Position numbers and translations under genes: made by a program
Source: Actinomycetota bacterium
GTDB lineage: Bacteria; Actinomycetota; Acidimicrobiia; Acidimicrobiales; Aldehydirespiratoraceae
DNA length: 48,457 nucleotides
Assembly: GCA_039815945.1 (NCBI GenBank)
Contig: JBCBYI010000001.1
Coordinates: 1 to 48,457 of the forward strand
Direction of reading: 5' to 3'
Shown: positions 1-13,765 of the stretch, one piece after another
How positions within the stretch are numbered: the first letter of the stretch is position 1
How the letters are laid out: each line of letters begins with the position of its first letter
Notes under the pieces: model-generated
Told to the model about the DNA's origin: nothing
Databases searched by the model: none
What the model saw: the letters and a program-made list of their open reading frames with translations, nothing else

Positions 1-1142
1 CCGTCTTCGGGCTCACGACCGAAGTGCCCGTACGCGGCCGACTTGCGGTAGATCGGCCGGCGGAGGTCAAGGTCGCGCAGGATCGCGGCCGGGCGGAGGT
101 CGAACACCTCGTCGACGGCGGACTCGATGGCCGCCTTGTCGACCGTCTCGGTGCCAAAGGTCTCGACCAGCACCGACATCGGACGAGCCATCCCGATGGC
201 GTAGGCCACCTGGATCTCACAGCGGCTGGCCGCACCGGCGGCGACGAGGTTCTTCGCGACCCAGCGGGTCGCGTAGGCGGCCGAGCGGTCGACCTTCGAC
301 GGGTCCTTGCCGGAGAAAGCACCGCCGCCGTGGCGGGCCATGCCGCCGTAGGTGTCGACGATGATCTTGCGACCGGTGAGACCGGCGTCGCCGACCGGAC
401 CGCCGATCACGAACCGACCGGTCGGGTTCACGTAGACGTCGTAGTCGTCGTCGGCGAACTGCTCGGGGATCACCGGACGGATGACGTGCTCGATCAGGTC
501 GGGCCGGATCATCGTGTCGCGATCGATGCCGTCGTTGTGCTGCGTCGACACGAGCACGGTCTTGAGCTTGACCGGCGTGTTGCCCTCGTACTCGAAGGTG
601 ACCTGGGTCTTGGCGTCGGGCCGCAGGTACGGGATGGTGCCGGCCTTGCGGACCTCGGCGTGCTTCTCGGCCATGCGGTGGGCGAGATGGATCGGCAGCG
701 GCATGAGCACGTCGGTCTCGTCGCACGCGTAGCCGAACATCATGCCCTGGTCGCCGGCGCCCTGGAGGTCGAGATCGTCCTCGTCACCGGACTGACCGGA
801 CCGGACCTCTTCGGAGGCGGTGACGCCCTGGGAGATGTCGGGCGACTGCTCGTCGAGGGTGACCATCACGCCGCAGGTGTTGCCGTCGTAGCCGAAGGCC
901 TCGTTGTTGTAGCCGATCTCGTTGATCGTGCGACGAACGGTGCCGGGGATGTCGACATAGGCCTCGGTGGTGATCTCACCGGCGACGACCGCCAGGCCGG
1001 TGGTCACGAGTGTCTCGCACGCGACCCGGCTCATCGGGTCCTGCGCCAGCATCTCGTCGAGGATGGCGTCGGAGATCTGGTCGGCCATCTTGTCGGGATG
1101 GCCCTCCGAAACGCTCTCGGAGGTGAAGGTCCAACGGGTCAC
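1..1142 (-). CDS. metK: S-adenosylmethionine synthetase (C-terminus runs off the left window edge)
   Basis: Absent from the ORF track because its stop lies outside the window. My reverse-strand translation from GTG 1142 reads [32 protein letters not shown]...[19 protein letters not shown]...[12 protein letters not shown], the canonical MetK motifs. AGGAG lies 6 nt upstream of the GTG. The + ORF 24..1262 is its antisense shadow. Confidence 0.95.
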   Translation of the reverse strand, partial: MTRWTFTSESVSEGHPDKMADQISDAILDEMLAQDPMSRVACETLVTTGLAVVAGEITTEAYVDIPGTVRRTINEIGYNNEAFGYDGNTCGVMVTLDEQSPDISQGVTASEEVRSGQSGDEDDLDLQGAGDQGMMFGYACDETDVLMPLPIHLAHRMAEKHAEVRKAGTIPYLRPDAKTQVTFEYEGNTPVKLKTVLVSTQHNDGIDRDTMIRPDLIEHVIRPVIPEQFADDDYDVYVNPTGRFVIGGPVGDAGLTGRKIIVDTYGGMARHGGGAFSGKDPSKVDRSAAYATRWVAKNLVAAGAASRCEIQVAYAIGMARPMSVLVETFGTETVDKAAIESAVDEVFDLRPAAILRDLDLRRPIYRKSAAYGHFGREPED

Positions 1143-1155
1143 GGTTGCTCCTGGT

Positions 1156-2355
1156 TCATCGCTGGCCGAGTCGGCCCGCTGCGGTGTCTAGCACGCGCCG
1201 TGCGACATCGCGTTTCTCTGTCAGAGGGACATCGATCCGGGATCCGTCGGCGAGCAGGATGACCACCTCGTTGGTGGTGTGCTCGAAGCCGACACCCGGC
1301 TTGGACACGTCGTTGGCCACGATCGCGTCGAGGTTTTTGCGGGCCAGCTTGGCGGTCGCGTTGTCGATCAGGTCGTCGGTCTCGGCCGCGAACCCGATCA
1401 GGATCTGGCTGTCGAGCTTCGTCTCGCCGAGCCCGGCGAGGATGTCGACGGTGGGCACGAGTTCGACCGACGGTGCGCCGTCGGCCTTCTTGAGCTTGCC
1501 CTCGGCGGAGTCGGCGGGCCGGAAGTCGGCGACCGCTGCGGCCATCACGACGATGTCGGCGTCGGGCGCCTCGATGTCGCAGGCCGCAGCCATCTCCGCC
1601 GCGGTCTCGACCTCGACGACGCGCACACCGGCGGGCGCCCGATCGGGACGGGTGGTGACGAGTACGACGTCGGCGCCCCGCAGGGCCGCCTCGGCGGCGA
1701 CGGCATGTCCCTGCTTGCCCGAGGAACGGTTGCCGATGTAGCGCACGGCGTCGATCGGTTCGCGGGTGCCGCCGGCGGTCACGAGCACGGTACGGCCGGT
1801 GAGATCACCCTCGGTGAGCGCAGCCTCGACCGCGGCGACCACGGTGGCGGGTTCCGCGAGACGGCCATGACCCATGTCGCCACCGGCGAGCCGACCCGAC
1901 TCCGGCGGAACGATCAACACGCTGCGCTCCTCGAGCACGGCGAGGTTCTCCTGCACCGACGCCTGCTCCCACATCTCGGTGTGCATCGCCGGGCAGATCA
2001 TCACCGGCGCACGCGAGGCCAGGATGGTGGCCATCAACAGATCGGCCGAACGCCCGGTGCGCAGATCGCTGATCAGGCGGGCGGTCGCCGGGCACACGAG
2101 GATCAGATCGGCGGCCTGGCCCATCTTGGTGTGCGGGATCGGCGTCTCCGGGTCGTCCCACAACTCGGTGCGGACCGGTTCGGAGGCGAGCGCGGAGAAG
2201 GTGGTGGCGCCGACCATGCGCTGCGCGCCGTCGGTCAGAACCGGGCTGACGTGCGCGCCAGCGTCGACCAGGCGACGACACACCTCGACGGCCTTGTAGG
2301 CGGCGATGCCGCCGGTGACACCGAGAACGATGCGGCGGCCGGCGAGCGTGGTCAC
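1156..2355 (-). CDS. coaBC: bifunctional phosphopantothenoylcysteine decarboxylase / phosphopantothenate-cysteine ligase
   Basis: 399-aa ORF. N-terminal flavoprotein motifs ([19 protein letters not shown]) and C-terminal ligase motifs ([30 protein letters not shown]). GTG start with a GAGGGG Shine-Dalgarno. Confidence 0.93.
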   Translation of the reverse strand: MTTLAGRRIVLGVTGGIAAYKAVEVCRRLVDAGAHVSPVLTDGAQRMVGATTFSALASEPVRTELWDDPETPIPHTKMGQAADLILVCPATARLISDLRTGRSADLLMATILASRAPVMICPAMHTEMWEQASVQENLAVLEERSVLIVPPESGRLAGGDMGHGRLAEPATVVAAVEAALTEGDLTGRTVLVTAGGTREPIDAVRYIGNRSSGKQGHAVAAEAALRGADVVLVTTRPDRAPAGVRVVEVETAAEMAAACDIEAPDADIVVMAAAVADFRPADSAEGKLKKADGAPSVELVPTVDILAGLGETKLDSQILIGFAAETDDLIDNATAKLARKNLDAIVANDVSKPGVGFEHTTNEVVILLADGSRIDVPLTEKRDVARRVLDTAAGRLGQR

Positions 2356-2368
2356 CGTGCCCCTCGGA

Positions 2369-2695
2369 TCAGGCGGAGTCGTCGCCGAGTTCGGCGGCGG
2401 CAGCGGCTTCGGCGGCAGCGAGGGCGGCAGCCTCGGCTTCGGCCTCGGGATCGATCTCGATCGAGGTGATCTTGTCGGCCGAGATCTCTTCGAAGGCGAT
2501 CGACAGCGGCTTGGCGGCGGTCGAGGTGACCTGCGGCGGCACCGCGGAACCGACGCCCTGGCTCAGCTGGCCGACATAGTTCGTGATCTCGCGCGACCGC
2601 ATCGCCGAGAGCGAGACGAGACGGAACTTCGACCCGGTCTTCTCGAGGAGATCCTCGATCGAGGGGTTCATCATCGTGTCGTAGCCGTGCGCCAT
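2369..2695 (-). CDS. rpoZ: DNA-directed RNA polymerase subunit omega
   Basis: 108 aa. MMNPSIEDLLEKTGSKFRLVSLSAMRSREI matches the omega core. Conserved gmk-rpoZ-coaBC-metK order. GAGAAGG SD 7 nt upstream. Confidence 0.9.
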   Translation of the reverse strand: MAHGYDTMMNPSIEDLLEKTGSKFRLVSLSAMRSREITNYVGQLSQGVGSAVPPQVTSTAAKPLSIAFEEISADKITSIEIDPEAEAEAAALAAAEAAAAAELGDDSA

Positions 2696-2745
2696 GAATG
2701 TGCCTTCTCGTCGGGCCCGGATGGGCCGAATTCCGAAGGGTCAGG

Positions 2746-3315
2746 CTAGCAGCCGTGTGTCGCGGATCGGCGCTGCTCGATCAGGCCCTGGATCTCCTCA
2801 ACGGCCCGATCGAGTTCGTCGTTGATCACAACGACCATGTCGAGCTCGAGTGCCTTGGCCTTCTCCTCGGCGGCCTTGGCCAGTCGGGCCTGCACCTTTT
2901 CCTCGGGGTCGCCGCGGCCACGCAGGCGGGCCTCCTGGGCCTCGTCGGAGGGGGCGTCGACGAAGAGCAGCACGGCGTCGGGGTACCGGGCCCTGATCTG
3001 TTCGGCGCCGTACACGTCGATCTCGAACACGACATCGTGGCCGGGCGGCGGGTCCGGAACCGGGGTGCCCTGGTAGTAGTCGAGGAACTCGACCCACTCG
3101 AGGAAGCCGCCGTCGGCGACATGCGCGAGGAACCGCTCGGCATCGGTGAAGTGGTAGGCCTCCATCGCCTCACCGGGGCGCCGGTCTCGGGTGGTCCAGC
3201 TCCGCGAGAGCCACAGGCCCGGATCCTGGTCGAGCAGGTGGGCGACGATCGTGCCCTTGCCGACACCGCCCGGACCCGAGATGACCACGATCACCCGGTC
3301 GTCGAGCTCAGCCAT
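2746..3315 (-). CDS. gmk: guanylate kinase
   Basis: 189 aa. P-loop ISGPGGVGKGT and the SRSWTTRDRRPGE guanylate-kinase signature. Start overlaps the mihF stop by 8 nt. Confidence 0.93.
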   Translation of the reverse strand: MAELDDRVIVVISGPGGVGKGTIVAHLLDQDPGLWLSRSWTTRDRRPGEAMEAYHFTDAERFLAHVADGGFLEWVEFLDYYQGTPVPDPPPGHDVVFEIDVYGAEQIRARYPDAVLLFVDAPSDEAQEARLRGRGDPEEKVQARLAKAAEEKAKALELDMVVVINDELDRAVEEIQGLIEQRRSATHGC

Positions 3316-3649
3316 CGGCCGGATCGGCGTCCCCGTCGCCGAAGGCGGTCAACAGCGCCCGGCGCTGGTTGTCGCCCAGCCCCTGGATGCGGCGGCTCTC
3401 GGCGATGCCGATCGACTCCATCGTGCGTCGCGACTTCACCTTGCCGACGCCCGGCAACGACTCGAGGATCGTGAGGATCTTGGTCTTCGCCACCAGCTCG
3501 TCGGTCTCGGCTCGGGCGAACACGTCGGCGAACACGATCTGGCCGTCTTTCAACGCGGCCTTGAGTTCGGCGCGCACCCGCCGGGCTTCGGCGGCCTTGG
3601 CGAGCGCCGCCCGGCGGGCTTCGTCGGTGAGAGGTGGCGGGGTGGCCAT
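3308..3649 (-). CDS. mihF: actinobacterial integration host factor (mIHF/sIHF family nucleoid protein)
   Basis: 113 aa. LESLPGVGKVKSRRTMESIGIAESRRIQGLG resembles mIHF/sIHF. It sits between pyrF and gmk, as in Mycobacterium and Streptomyces. Confidence 0.85.
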   Translation of the reverse strand: MATPPPLTDEARRAALAKAAEARRVRAELKAALKDGQIVFADVFARAETDELVAKTKILTILESLPGVGKVKSRRTMESIGIAESRRIQGLGDNQRRALLTAFGDGDADPADG

Positions 3650-3673
3650 CCCGGGAGCGTACCGGGAGGCCCG

Positions 3674-4396
3674 TCAGCCCGCCGACGCCGCGGACGCGTG
3701 AACCGCCTGGGCGGCGGCGATCGGATCGTCGGCGCGGGTCACGGCGCGGCCGACCACGAGCAGGTCCGACCCGCCGGCCAGGGCATCGGCCGGCGACGCG
3801 GCCCGCGCCTGATCGTTGACGTTGTCGCCGGCGAGGCGGATGCCGGGCGTCACCCGGGTGAGGCGCGGCGCGTAGTGGTGCGCCTCCTCGAGATCGCCCA
3901 CCGCACACACGATGCCGGTGCAACCGGCCTCGGCCGCGAGCATGACCCGCTTCGGCATGATGTGCGGGGGCGCGTCGCCGTCGCTGGTCAACACCGTGAT
4001 CGCCAGCGACTGGGGCGTTTCGAGACCCGCGTTGCGCGCACCCTCTTCGAGCCCCTGCACGCCGGCGCGAAGCATGTCGACGCCGCCGTGGGCGTGCATC
4101 GTGAGGTACTGCACCCCGAAGGCGCCCAGGACCCGGGCGGCCTTGCCGACGGTCGTCGGGATGTCGTGCAGCTTGAGATCGAGGAAGATCTTGTAGCCGA
4201 GGTCGGAGATGGCGCCGATCGCCTCGGGGCCGGCCGCCGAGTAGAGTTCGAGGCCGATCTTGGCGACGCCGAAGTAGTCCTTGAACGTCCGACCGAGGCG
4301 GATGGCGGCCACGAGATCGTCGACGTCGAGCGCCAGCGCGAGCCGATCCTTGATCACCGGATCGATTTCGGTCGCCGACTCACCGGTTTCAGGCAT
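3674..4396 (-). CDS. pyrF: orotidine 5'-phosphate decarboxylase
   Basis: 240 aa. LALALDV, KIGLELY and DLKLHDIPTTV motifs. Position in the pyr operon. Confidence 0.9.
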   Translation of the reverse strand: MPETGESATEIDPVIKDRLALALDVDDLVAAIRLGRTFKDYFGVAKIGLELYSAAGPEAIGAISDLGYKIFLDLKLHDIPTTVGKAARVLGAFGVQYLTMHAHGGVDMLRAGVQGLEEGARNAGLETPQSLAITVLTSDGDAPPHIMPKRVMLAAEAGCTGIVCAVGDLEEAHHYAPRLTRVTPGIRLAGDNVNDQARAASPADALAGGSDLLVVGRAVTRADDPIAAAQAVHASAASAG

Positions 4397-5299
4397 GTGC
4401 TCCTCCGATCAACTCCGCCACGGAACCCACGCCGTTTTGGTCACACCACTGTTCGAACTCACCGAGGATCCGCCGTGGTGCACGCGGATCCGCGAACGTC
4501 GCCGTGCCGACTTCGACCGCCGACGCTCCGGCGAGCAGGAACTCTACGACATCGGCTCCGCTCGATGTTCCACCCACACCGATGATCGGCAGGTCGGGCA
4601 GGGCCTCGTGCACGTCGTACACCGCCCGGACGGCGACCGGATGCATCGCCGCTCCCGACAGGCCGCCCTTCTTGGCCCCGAGGACGGGTCGGCGGGAGTC
4701 GATGTCGATCACCATGCCGAGCAAGGTGTTGGTGAGCACGACCGCCTCGGCGCCGGCACCGTGGGCCGCCGCCGCGATCTCGGGCAGATCCGCGGCGTTG
4801 GGGCTGAGCTTGGCCCACATCGGCCGGCCGACGACCTTCGACGCGTCGATCACCTCGGCGGTCGCGGTGCGACTGTGGGCGAACATCGATCCGCGGTCCT
4901 CGAGATTCGGGCACGAGACGTTGACCTCGACCGCGACGACACCGTCGGGAGCGTCGGCCAGCGCGGCGGCAGCCCGGGCGTAGTCGTCGACGCTGCTTCC
5001 CCAGATCGATGCGACGACCGTTGCGCCGGTGGCGAGCAACTCGGGCAGGTCGTGTTCGAGCCAGTGGGGCACGCCCTTGCCCTGGAGCCCGACGCTGTTG
5101 ATCATCCCCGACGCGGTCGGGTGGACCCGAGGCGACGGGTTGCCCGCCCACTCCTCGGCCTTCATCGACTTCACCACCACGGCGCCGAGCGATGCCGGGT
5201 CGAGATAGTTCGCGAACTCCGCACCGTGACCGGCGGTGCCGGACGCGGTCATGACCGGCGCCCGGAGGGCCACCGACCCGACCGTCGTGCCGAGATCCA

Positions 5300-5300
<1 letters not shown>
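4389..5300 (-). CDS. pyrD: dihydroorotate dehydrogenase, class 1 type (catalytic subunit)
   Basis: 303 aa. MTASGTAGHG, EVNVSCPN (active-site Cys, class 1) and GGTSSGADVVEFLLAGASAV. No pyrK-like partner is adjacent. Confidence 0.9.
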
Positions 5301-8608
<3,308 letters not shown>

Positions 8609-8666
8609 CAGTTGTCCTCGCTCGGCGCGGCGGCCGAGACCGCCCTGGTGTTGGTTCGGGTCGGCA

Positions 8667-9761
8667 TCACGCTGCCGCTCCCTGGAAGCCGTCCATGAGT
8701 TCGGCAAACTCGGTGAAAAGGTAGGCCGAATCGTGCGGGCCGGGGCCCGCTTCGGGGTGGTACTGGACGCTGAAGGCCGGGTACTCGTTGTGGACCAGGC
8801 CCGAGAGGGTGCCGTCGTTGAGGCAGACGTGGCTCTCGGTCACGTTCGGCACCGAACCGGCCTCCACCGCGAAGTTGTGGTTCTGAGCGGTGATCTCCAC
8901 CTTGCCGGTGCGGGAGTCCTGCACCGGGACGTTGCCGCCGTGGTGGCCGAACTTCATCTTGTACGTGCGCCCGCCGAGGGCGAGCGACAGGACCTGATGG
9001 CCGAGGCAGATACCGAAGATCGGCACCTTGCCGAGCAGCTTGGGCAACTCGTCGACGATCGGGCCCGCTTCCTCGGGATCGCCGGGCCCGTTGGAAAGGA
9101 ACACCCCGTCGGGGTTCATCGCGAGGACTTCCTCGGCGGTGGTGTGGGCCGAAACGACGGTCACGGTGCCGATCTCGCCCAGGTGGCGCAGCATCGTGGC
9201 CTTCACACCGAAGTCGTAGGCGACGATCTTCCGTGGGCCGTTGCCGACCGTGTACGGCTCATCGGTGGTGACGAGGCTGACCAGGTCGATGCCGGCGGTG
9301 CCGGGCTCGGCCTGGGCGGCGGCGAGCAGGGTGGCGTGGTCGGCAGGACCGAAGGCCCCCGGCATGGCGCCGGTGTCGCGGATGTGGCGGGTGAGGCGGC
9401 GGGTGTCGATCCCGGCGATGCCGGCGAGACCCTGGCGGCGCAGGTAGTCGTCGAGGTGCTCCTCGCTGCGCCAGTTGCTCTGGCGGCGAGCGAGGTCGCG
9501 GATGATCACGCCACGACAGAACGGCTTGGCCGCTTCGTCGTCGGTGGCGTTGACCCCGTAGTTCCCGATGTGGGGATAGGTGAAGGTGATGATCTGTCCG
9601 GCGTAGCTGGGGTCGGTGATGACCTCCTGGTAGCCCGAGAGCACCGTGTTGAACACGACCTCACCAGTGGCGAACCCGTTCGGTTCGAGCTCGGCACCGA
9701 TGCCCTCCCCTTCGAAGGTCTCGCCGTCGGCGAGGACCAATTGGTACTCACGAATGCTCAT
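8667..9761 (-). CDS. carA: carbamoyl-phosphate synthase small (glutamine amidotransferase) subunit
   Basis: 364 aa. N-terminal CPSase small-chain domain and GATase region [10 protein letters not shown]...HH. Confidence 0.95.
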   Translation of the reverse strand: MSIREYQLVLADGETFEGEGIGAELEPNGFATGEVVFNTVLSGYQEVITDPSYAGQIITFTYPHIGNYGVNATDDEAAKPFCRGVIIRDLARRQSNWRSEEHLDDYLRRQGLAGIAGIDTRRLTRHIRDTGAMPGAFGPADHATLLAAAQAEPGTAGIDLVSLVTTDEPYTVGNGPRKIVAYDFGVKATMLRHLGEIGTVTVVSAHTTAEEVLAMNPDGVFLSNGPGDPEEAGPIVDELPKLLGKVPIFGICLGHQVLSLALGGRTYKMKFGHHGGNVPVQDSRTGKVEITAQNHNFAVEAGSVPNVTESHVCLNDGTLSGLVHNEYPAFSVQYHPEAGPGPHDSAYLFTEFAELMDGFQGAAA

Positions 9762-11056
9762 CGCGTTGCCTCTCCATCGGTTACCACGAGATCACCGTTC
9801 CAGATCGTGTGTCGTACTTTGCCGCGAACGGCCCGCCCCTCGAAGGGAGTATTCGTGCTGCGGCTCGCCATCGCTGCGCCGGTGATCGTCCACTCCTGGT
9901 CGAGGTCGATCAGGGCGAGGTTGGCGGGGCTACCGGTCTTGATGGGGCCGCCGTGGCGATCGTCGATTCCGGCGATGCGGGCCGGATTGATCGAGAGCAG
10001 CTCGACCAGCTTCGAAATGCCGGCACCGAGTTCGGTGTTGGCGATTGCGAAGGCGGTCTCGACCCCGAGCATGCCGGGAGGTGCGTCGAGGAACGGACGT
10101 TCCTTGTCCTGTCGCGTGTGCGGCGCGTGATCGGTGGCGATCGCATCGAGCGTGCCGTCGAGCAGACCCGCCTTGATCGCCTCCACGTCGTCGGCGGTTC
10201 GCAGGGGCGGGTTGACCTTGAACGCCGTGTCGAACGATGCAACCGCCGAGTGATCGAGGCAGAAGTGGTGGGGCGTCGCCTCGGCGGTGACCTTCAGGCC
10301 CTCAGCCTTCGCCGCACGGATCAGGTCGACGCCGCGGGCGGTGGTGACGTGCTGGAAGTGCACGCGACCCCCGGTGAGGCGGGCGAGGGCGATGTCTCGG
10401 GAGATCATCAGTTCTTCGGCCTCGGCCGGCTGGCCGGGCATGCCGAGCCGACTCGACCAGTCGCCCTCGTGCATCGCGCCGTCGGCCGACAGGGAATCGA
10501 CCTCGCAGTGCTGGGCGAGCACGATCTCGAAGCCGTCGGCGAGATGCGAGAGGCCCCGGGCGTACTCCAGCGCAGTGCGCATCACCCGGGCGTCCTGCAC
10601 CCCGTCGCCGTCGTCGGTGAACATGCGCACGCCCGATCGCACGAGTTCGGCCATGGGGCTGAGCGTCTCGCCCTCGCGTCCGACGGTGATCGCCGCCGAC
10701 GGCAGCACCTCACAGAGCGCGTCGAGGCTGAGATCATGGATCTGACGAACGACTGCGGCGCTGTCGATCGTCGGCGTCGTGTTTGGCATCACGACCACGG
10801 CCGTGAAGCCACCGAGGGCGGCGCCCCGAGAACCGGTCTGGATCGTCTCGGCCTCTTCGCCACCGGGCTCGCGGAAGTCGACCTGGATGTCGACGAAACC
10901 GGGCGTGACGACCAGGCCGTCGGCGTCGATGACCGTGTCGCCGTCGAGCTTCTCTCCGACCTCGGCGATCACGCCGTTCTGGATGACGAGGTCGGCTCGG
11001 CGGGTGCCCGAGCCGTCGACCAGGGTGCCGTTGGTGATCGCGATCGAGCTCATCAC
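9758..11056 (-). CDS. pyrC: dihydroorotase
   Basis: 432 aa. Amidohydrolase motifs PGFVDIQVDFREPG, HFQHVTTA and ATDHAPH. 4-nt overlaps with carA and pyrB. Confidence 0.92.
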   Translation of the reverse strand: MMSSIAITNGTLVDGSGTRRADLVIQNGVIAEVGEKLDGDTVIDADGLVVTPGFVDIQVDFREPGGEEAETIQTGSRGAALGGFTAVVVMPNTTPTIDSAAVVRQIHDLSLDALCEVLPSAAITVGREGETLSPMAELVRSGVRMFTDDGDGVQDARVMRTALEYARGLSHLADGFEIVLAQHCEVDSLSADGAMHEGDWSSRLGMPGQPAEAEELMISRDIALARLTGGRVHFQHVTTARGVDLIRAAKAEGLKVTAEATPHHFCLDHSAVASFDTAFKVNPPLRTADDVEAIKAGLLDGTLDAIATDHAPHTRQDKERPFLDAPPGMLGVETAFAIANTELGAGISKLVELLSINPARIAGIDDRHGGPIKTGSPANLALIDLDQEWTITGAAMASRSTNTPFEGRAVRGKVRHTIWNGDLVVTDGEATR

Positions 11057-12027
11057 GCCACCGCCAACCCGCCGCCGGCGACCGCGCCATCGACCGGTTC
11101 GAGCCCGGCTCCGAGCAGCAGGAACAACACCGCCATGCGCACCGAGACGCCGTTCGCGACCTGTTCGGTGATGACGGCGTTGGGGCGATCGGCGACCTCG
11201 CCAGCGATCTCCACGCCCCGGTTCATGGGCCCGGGATGCATGATCAGCGCATCGGCGCCGAGACGATCGGCTCGGGCACTGGTGAGGCCGTACTCGTGGT
11301 GGTACTCGCGAAGCGTCGGCACGACCGCCTGCTTCTGGCGCTCGAGCTGCATCCGGAGCAGATAGCAGATGTCGAGATCGTCGACGACCGCGTCGAGATC
11401 GTGAGTGACCTCCACCGGCCAGCCCTCGAGGCTCGGCGGGAACAAGGTCGGCGGACCAACGAGGGTCACCCGGGCGCCAAGGGTGGCGAAGCCGATCGCG
11501 TTGGAGCGGGCCACCCGGGAATGCTTGCTGTCGCCCACGATCGCGACGTGCTTGCCGTCGAGATCACCGAGATGGCGGGTCGCGGTGTAGAGATCCAGCA
11601 GGCCCTGGGTCGGGTGCTGGTGCCAGCCATCGCCGGCGTTGATCACCGCAGCGTCGGTCCACTGGGCCACCTGCCGGGGCGCGCCGGCCGCCCGATGCCG
11701 CACGACCACCCCGTCGATGCCCATCGCCGCGATCGTCTCGACCGTGTCGCGCAGCGACTCGCCCTTGTTGACCGACGAACTGCTGACGCTGAAATTCATC
11801 GTGTCGGCCGACAGCCGCTTGGCCGCCGTCTCGAAGCTGAGTCGCGTGCGGGTCGAGTCTTCGTAGAAGAGCCAAGCGATCGTCTTGCCGCGCAGGGCCG
11901 GGACCTTCGGGATGCTCCGCTCCCCCACCTCGGCGAACGACTCGGTGAGGTTCAGGATCTGCTCGATATCGGCGCGGTCGAGATCGGCCATCGACAGCAG
12001 GTGGCGGGCGCCGCTACGTCGCATCAC
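11053..12027 (-). CDS. pyrB: aspartate carbamoyltransferase catalytic subunit
   Basis: 324 aa. [18 protein letters not shown] and [11 protein letters not shown]. The GTG/ATG start overlaps the pyrR stop. Confidence 0.95.
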   Translation of the reverse strand: MMRRSGARHLLSMADLDRADIEQILNLTESFAEVGERSIPKVPALRGKTIAWLFYEDSTRTRLSFETAAKRLSADTMNFSVSSSSVNKGESLRDTVETIAAMGIDGVVVRHRAAGAPRQVAQWTDAAVINAGDGWHQHPTQGLLDLYTATRHLGDLDGKHVAIVGDSKHSRVARSNAIGFATLGARVTLVGPPTLFPPSLEGWPVEVTHDLDAVVDDLDICYLLRMQLERQKQAVVPTLREYHHEYGLTSARADRLGADALIMHPGPMNRGVEIAGEVADRPNAVITEQVANGVSVRMAVLFLLLGAGLEPVDGAVAGGGLAVA

Positions 12028-12623
12028 GCCTCCCCCTCCCCGTTCTTGGCGACCTCTCCGAGGTCCCCGTGCTTGGCGACCTCTCCGAGGTCCCCGTGAT
12101 TGGCGACCTCTCCGAGGTCCCCGTGCTTGGCGACCTCTCCGAGGTCGACGCCGTCGGCGTGCACGTCGACCATCTCGTCTCGCCGCGTCGGCAGGTTCTT
12201 GCCGACGTAGTCGGGCCGGATCGGCAGCTCGCGGTGCCCCCGATCGACCATCACCGCCAGCTGGATCGCGGTCGGGCGCCCGTAGGTGTGGATCGCGTCG
12301 AGCGCCGCCCGCACCGTGCGGCCGGTGAAGAGCACGTCGTCGACGAGCACGATCGTCTTGCCGGTCGGATCGCCCGGGATGTCGGTCGCGGCCTCGGGCA
12401 TCACCGGGCGCAGGCCGAAGTCGTCACGATGCATCGTGGCGTCGAGCGTGCCGGTCGGCACGTCGGATCCCTCGATGTCGGTCACGGCGACCGCGAGCGA
12501 ACGGGCCAGATCGACGCCGCCGGTCTGCATCCCGACGATCATCAGGTCGTCGGCGCCATGGTTGCGCTCGAGGATCTCATGGGCGATCCGACGAACCGCT
12601 CGGGCCACGTCGTCGGCCGACAT
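12024..12623 (-). CDS. pyrR: bifunctional pyr operon regulator / uracil phosphoribosyltransferase PyrR, with a repeat-encoded C-terminal extension
   Basis: The ORF is tracked to 12833. The conserved PyrR N-terminus ([21 protein letters not shown]) starts at ATG 12623. PRPP motif [12 protein letters not shown]. The C-terminus carries (DLGEVAKHG)x4. Confidence 0.9.
   Translation of the reverse strand: MSADDVARAVRRIAHEILERNHGADDLMIVGMQTGGVDLARSLAVAVTDIEGSDVPTGTLDATMHRDDFGLRPVMPEAATDIPGDPTGKTIVLVDDVLFTGRTVRAALDAIHTYGRPTAIQLAVMVDRGHRELPIRPDYVGKNLPTRRDEMVDVHADGVDLGEVAKHGDLGEVANHGDLGEVAKHGDLGEVAKNGEGEA
12039..12146 (-). repeat. four tandem copies of a 27-bp unit, in frame inside the 3' end of pyrR
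   Basis: Units at 12039-12065, 12066-12092, 12093-12119 and 12120-12146 (cccgtNcttggcgacctctccgaggtc) differ at only 1-3 positions. They translate to [36 protein letters not shown]. Confidence 0.95.
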
Positions 12624-12641
12624 GACCTGCGTTCGTGCTCG

Positions 12642-12675
12642 AAAAATCCCGCTCGCAGGCTGCCCCGCAAGCAGG
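12642..12675 (-). terminator. intrinsic terminator-like hairpin plus U-tract 19 nt upstream of the pyrR ATG (putative pyr attenuator)
   Basis: mRNA CCUGCUUGC-GGGGCAGCCU-GCGAGCGGG forms a 9-bp stem (two G-U pairs), extendable into the loop, followed by AUUUUU. An A/T run like this is rare in this GC-rich DNA. Confidence 0.55.
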
Positions 12676-12712
12676 CGTTCACGCTCTGCCACTGATCTCT
12701 CTTTCGTCCGTT

Positions 12713-12730
12713 CGAGCCTCACGGGACCCG
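12713..12730 (-). promoter_or_regulatory. PyrR-binding-loop-like RNA hairpin in the pyrR leader
   Basis: mRNA CGGGUCCCGUGAGGCUCG folds as a stem with a bulged U and a CGUGA loop. The core GGUCCCGUGAGGCU matches 11 of 14 positions of the Bacillus PyrR consensus ARUCCAGAGAGGYU (recalled from memory). A TATGGT -10-like hexamer lies about 30 nt upstream. Confidence 0.5.
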
Positions 12731-12859
12731 TTTCACGGTCGAGACCGGACCATACACGCCTCGCGTCGACGCGCGGCGCGCGCCCGCTTGTGGATTTCGG
12801 CCGGGGACTGGCGACCCATCGGGTACATGGCACACACGGCGGCGCGACGGCACCGAGAT

Positions 12860-12887
12860 CCGCTGATCAGCGGCGCTTCGGCGCGCC
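12860..12887 (-). terminator. two adjacent GC-rich hairpins just after the GNAT gene stop (possible factor-independent terminator without a U-tail)
   Basis: Palindrome ccgctgatcagcgg (12860-12873) and ggcgc-ttcggc-gcgcc (12872-12887), directly downstream of the TGA at 12889-12891. Confidence 0.3.
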
Positions 12888-12888
12888 G

Positions 12889-13365
12889 TCAGCGATGCAC
12901 GTAGACGTGCGGCTGCGCGGTGTCACCTTCACGTAGCCGCGTGAATCCGGCTCGTTCGGCGACGCGGACCGAGGCGGGGTTGTCGACACCGATCTCGGCG
13001 AGCACGGCATGCACGCCGATGCTCGGCGCCAGATCGAGGACCATCTGCTCGACGCCGATGGCGGCGTAGCCGTGACCGCGGTGACCAGCACCGACCCACC
13101 AACCGATCAGCGCGGCGCCCCGGCGTTGATCGATGTCGGAAAGCCCGACCTCGCCGACACACTCGCCGGCGACATCGATCACCCGGTCGATCGCCAGGAG
13201 CCGTCGTTCGCGGACCTCGACGCCGGCGATCCAACGCTCGGCGGCGGCAAGGCTGCGGTCCTCGGGTGGGGCCGAGCCGGCGATGATGGCCGGGTCGTGC
13301 CAGGCGGCGACGAGCGCAGGGGCGTCGTCGCGACCCCACGCCCGCAGCGTCACACCGTCAGCCAC
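12889..13365 (-). CDS. GNAT family N-acetyltransferase (RimJ/RimL-like)
   Basis: 158 aa. LRAW..DDAPAL...W...P and the acetyl-CoA region WWVGAGHRGHGYA, then NPASVRVAERAGF. GTG start overlaps the nusB stop. Confidence 0.8.
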   Translation of the reverse strand: MADGVTLRAWGRDDAPALVAAWHDPAIIAGSAPPEDRSLAAAERWIAGVEVRERRLLAIDRVIDVAGECVGEVGLSDIDQRRGAALIGWWVGAGHRGHGYAAIGVEQMVLDLAPSIGVHAVLAEIGVDNPASVRVAERAGFTRLREGDTAQPHVYVHR

Positions 13366-13765
13366 GGACCTCGCCGGCGACGCTGTCGAGCACGCCGTTC
13401 AGGAACGGAGCCGATCGTTCGCCGCAGTAGAGCGACGCCAACTCGACCGCCTCGCTCAGCACCACCGCGGTCGGAATGTCAGGCCGAGCGCTGAGCTCCC
13501 ATGCGGCGATGCGGGCGAGGACCCGATCGACCATCGGCATGCGGTCGACCCGCCAGTTGGTGAGATGGCGCCCGATGAGCACATCGAGATCGTCTCGCTC
13601 GTCGTCGACGCCCATGGCGATCTCGACGGCATAGTCGGCCGGCGGCACCTCGCGGGCGTCGAGGGCCTCGTCGACGGGCGCGCTGGTGAGTTCGGCCTGG
13701 TACAGCAGCGCGAGCGCCTCTTCACGGGCCTCCCGGCGAGGGTTGAGCCCCGGGACGTCACTCAC
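13358..13765 (-). CDS. nusB: transcription antitermination factor NusB
   Basis: 135 aa. [31 protein letters not shown] and AVELASLY motifs. Conserved efp-nusB pair. Confidence 0.88.
   Translation of the reverse strand: MSDVPGLNPRREAREEALALLYQAELTSAPVDEALDAREVPPADYAVEIAMGVDDERDDLDVLIGRHLTNWRVDRMPMVDRVLARIAAWELSARPDIPTAVVLSEAVELASLYCGERSAPFLNGVLDSVAGEVRG

Noticed and set aside
12039-12146. Could the 27-bp repeats be a CRISPR array or a mobile-element end?
   Set aside because: The copies are directly tandem with no spacers, in frame inside pyrR, and there are no cas genes. It is a coding tandem repeat.
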